A DNA stretch of 64,000 nucleotides, taken from NCBI GenBank assembly GCA_965216785.1, contig OZ244197.1:544001-608000 (forward strand), read 5' to 3'. Under the pieces are notes generated by a model that made no database searches, was not told the origin of the DNA, and saw nothing but the letters and a program-made list of their open reading frames with translations. The position numbers and the translations under genes were made by a program. Below, in pieces: positions 61,550 through 64,000 of the stretch. Source of the DNA: Thermodesulfobacteriota bacterium (GTDB lineage Bacteria > Desulfobacterota_D > UBA1144 > Nemesobacterales > UBA2774). Position 1 is the stretch's first letter, and each line of letters starts with the position of its first letter.

Positions 61550-63127
61550 CTATTTATCAGACTTGTCTACAGCTATAATATCACACTTTATTTCACTAAT
61601 CTGAAACTCTCTACCGGACTCAACAGAGACGTCTTTAAATGAACATTCCTTTCCACTCGGCCAGGTGACTTTAATGTCGGCTTTATCGAATTTACCGAGA
61701 CCGAAATACAGGGGTAGCATATCCTGTTCGGTGCCGCCCCTCCCTCCTGAGACCTCCCTTAGCTGGGATCCTGCCGGGGTAGACAAAATTACACGCGCAC
61801 CTATGGCAGAGCGGTTACTCAATAGCCCGTCACCAACCAGCTGCAAGGTTATGGATTTATTGGAATTGCCTTCGTTTCTCTTAAGTGAGTTCCCGATGTG
61901 CCCATTCAGATAGACATCGAGAAAACCGTCTCGGTCATAATCTCCCCAGGTCACGGCGAAAACATCTATGGGCTTGGCCAGATTAACCTCTACAGCTACA
62001 TCCCGGAACACACCGTTACCTAGGTTTCTATAAAGCTTATTGTTCCAGGTATGGTTTGTGGTCAAGAGATCGACCCTTCCGTCCGCATCAAAGTCTATCC
62101 AAGCACAAGTCCTGCCGTCACCTAAATCATGAGTGCCGGTTTCCCATGTTACGTCTGTAAAGGTGCCGTCTTTGTTGTTCCTGTAAAGTGTGTTTTTTTT
62201 GGCTTTCCCAATGTTCGTTATGTATATATCTAAATAGCCGTCTCCATTATAATCACCACTGCAAGCAGATGTGGTATGCCAGTACGGGGCGCCATCTAAC
62301 CCTGAGCTCACCGAAGCATCGGTAAAAGTGCCGTCTCCGTTGTTCAGATAAAATATGTTATAGCCTCCGTTTGCGAGGAATAGATCCGGCCACCCGTCGT
62401 TGTCCGCATCGAAGAATATGGCTGCTAGCCCGTTGCTAGGCTCAGTAATACCGGCGCGTGAGGAGACGTCCTCGAACGTGCCGTCGCCTTTATTGCGGTA
62501 AAGGTAGGATTGCTTGTTGCCGGGAGCAAAAAGATCAAGGAATCCGTCACGGTCATAATCAACCCAGATTGTATGCCTAGTAGTGGAACCTTCTTTTGTT
62601 ATGCCAGCCTCTTGAGAGATATCGATAAAAGAGATGCCATCCAGGTTTTTGTATAGAATCGGCGGTGTAGAGGACTTTATCGTGGCAACAGCAAGGTCAA
62701 GTATCCCGTCATTATCATAGTCGGCCCAAGATGCGGTTTTTATGATATCGTTTGGAATACCTGATATTAACACGACATCACTAAATTTGACGCCTGATTC
62801 ATTTTGGAATAAGAACAAATTTTTCTTTTTAGGAATTCTAACAGGTATTGCCGGCGCGGGCTTTCCGCGGTCTCTTCTGCTTCGTCGGGGACGTCTGCCG
62901 CCTCTATAACGGTCGGTATTGGAAATAATGAGGTCCTGCCAACCGTCACCGTTAAAGTCGCCCCATACAGCAGTTTGTCCCATAGAGCCGGTATCGAATA
63001 TACCTACAGCATTTTCAGAGTCGGTAAATACGGGAAGCTCGTCTGATGGTTGTTCCTGCGCAAAAACTATCCAGGATATGGATAAAATTACATAAAAAGC
63101 GATTGGGTTTAAAACGAATTGAATCAA
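61550..63127 (-). CDS. Secreted FG-GAP repeat / ASPIC-UnbV (CRTAC1-like) protein
   Basis: Repeated D.D.DG..D motifs, N.GDGTF.D, C-terminal NRSAIGARV..FGLG. Confidence 0.85.
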   Translation of the reverse strand: MIQFVLNPIAFYVILSISWIVFAQEQPSDELPVFTDSENAVGIFDTGSMGQTAVWGDFNGDGWQDLIISNTDRYRGGRRPRRSRRDRGKPAPAIPVRIPKKKNLFLFQNESGVKFSDVVLISGIPNDIIKTASWADYDNDGILDLAVATIKSSTPPILYKNLDGISFIDISQEAGITKEGSTTRHTIWVDYDRDGFLDLFAPGNKQSYLYRNKGDGTFEDVSSRAGITEPSNGLAAIFFDADNDGWPDLFLANGGYNIFYLNNGDGTFTDASVSSGLDGAPYWHTTSACSGDYNGDGYLDIYITNIGKAKKNTLYRNNKDGTFTDVTWETGTHDLGDGRTCAWIDFDADGRVDLLTTNHTWNNKLYRNLGNGVFRDVAVEVNLAKPIDVFAVTWGDYDRDGFLDVYLNGHIGNSLKRNEGNSNKSITLQLVGDGLLSNRSAIGARVILSTPAGSQLREVSGGRGGTEQDMLPLYFGLGKFDKADIKVTWPSGKECSFKDVSVESGREFQISEIKCDIIAVDKSDK

Positions 63128-63133
63128 GGCGCA

Positions 63134-64000
63134 TTAACCTTTCTTGATAGATTCTAAAAGCAGCTCGGCGGAACGTAAACTCAAGGCCTCGATTGTCAAT
63201 GAGGGTGCTTCACCTCCGCCTGAGGTGGGGAATACACTCGCATCAGTTACTAAGAGATTTGGGATACCGTGATATCTGAGGCTCGAGTCCACTACCGAGT
63301 TTTTGGGGTCATTGCCCATTCTACATGTTCCAAAGACATGCGTTGCAGCAAATAAATCGTAGGAGGAGGATTGCTCCACTACTTTATCAGCACCCGCGGA
63401 CTTTAAAATCTCCATTGTCTTTTTTTGCATGAATTCAAGAGTTTTAAGCTCAGGATCACCCAGAAATGATTGTATGCTCGCTACGGGGAACCCGAATTCA
63501 TCTTTTTTTTCTGGATCTAGAGTAACAAATGAATTTTCGTTCGGTAAGAACTCCGATATGCCGCCCACGGCTATAGCATGACCGAACGACTCTTTCATGC
63601 CGTTAGTCAAATTTTCCCCCCAACCCCTTTTGTAATACCTAAGTGCATAGTTTAGCGGCCCGATGGCGCTTCCTACCGTTGGAAACATTCTCAATCCGCC
63701 TGGAAAACCGCGCTTGGGATCAGGATCGTTCCAATCCCATATAATACCGTCAATAGGTATTCCTCTATATGAATCCGTCCGTTCTGGATGGAAAGCAACG
63801 GCTTCATAAAAATTAGTCTCCATGAAGTTCTTGCCAACATTGCCGTTCCCGTTAAGCTCTGAATTTAAGAGGAGCTTGGGGGTTTCGACTGCTCCGCACG
63901 CTACCGCTACGTAGTCAGCCTCTACAAAATGCTCTTTCTTATCCCGGTCAAAATAAGTTACACCTTTAGCCTTGCCGCTTTTTTTATCCACTTCGATTTT
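63134..64000 (-). CDS. GMC-family oxidoreductase (5' part outside the window)
   Basis: CGAVETPKLLLNS, HVFGTCRMG.DP..SVVD, NL.V.DASVFPT, PSLTI.AL. Confidence 0.85.
   Translation of the reverse strand, partial: KIEVDKKSGKAKGVTYFDRDKKEHFVEADYVAVACGAVETPKLLLNSELNGNGNVGKNFMETNFYEAVAFHPERTDSYRGIPIDGIIWDWNDPDPKRGFPGGLRMFPTVGSAIGPLNYALRYYKRGWGENLTNGMKESFGHAIAVGGISEFLPNENSFVTLDPEKKDEFGFPVASIQSFLGDPELKTLEFMQKKTMEILKSAGADKVVEQSSSYDLFAATHVFGTCRMGNDPKNSVVDSSLRYHGIPNLLVTDASVFPTSGGGEAPSLTIEALSLRSAELLLESIKKG

Overview
Gene-dense bacterial chromosomal segment. The gene content looks deltaproteobacterial-like, but taxonomy is only an inference. I saw no rRNA, tRNA, CRISPR array, integrase or transposase. Core genes: def, iscS-type desulfurase, kefBG-type, glnB-glnA, nuoJKL, nth, a sigma70-family factor, polA, bioAF, gltBD and nadE. 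Main items worth follow-up: (1) a ~10 kb island with six GT-C-type membrane glycosyltransferases (two PIG-V-like, one PMT-like, one ALG6/GT87-like, two unclassified paralogs), two lipid-phosphate sugar synthases, a GtrA flippase and a sortase-like CPBP protease; (2) a secreted protein with three exact 8-Cys helical-hairpin repeats; (3) a DUF2946/CruR-like RSPP leader ORF ahead of a His/Met-rich outer-membrane barrel; (4) an ArgC-like reductase lacking the HRH motif, in an operon with an adenylation enzyme and an ACP; (5) divergent sigma54 promoters for glnB-glnA and an MshEN/GspE_N-receiver gene; (6) nested REP-like composite repeats flanking nth; (7) translation oddities: a CTG start, an in-frame TGA and probable leaderless mRNAs. 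All family calls come from motif recognition by eye; no database searches were run.
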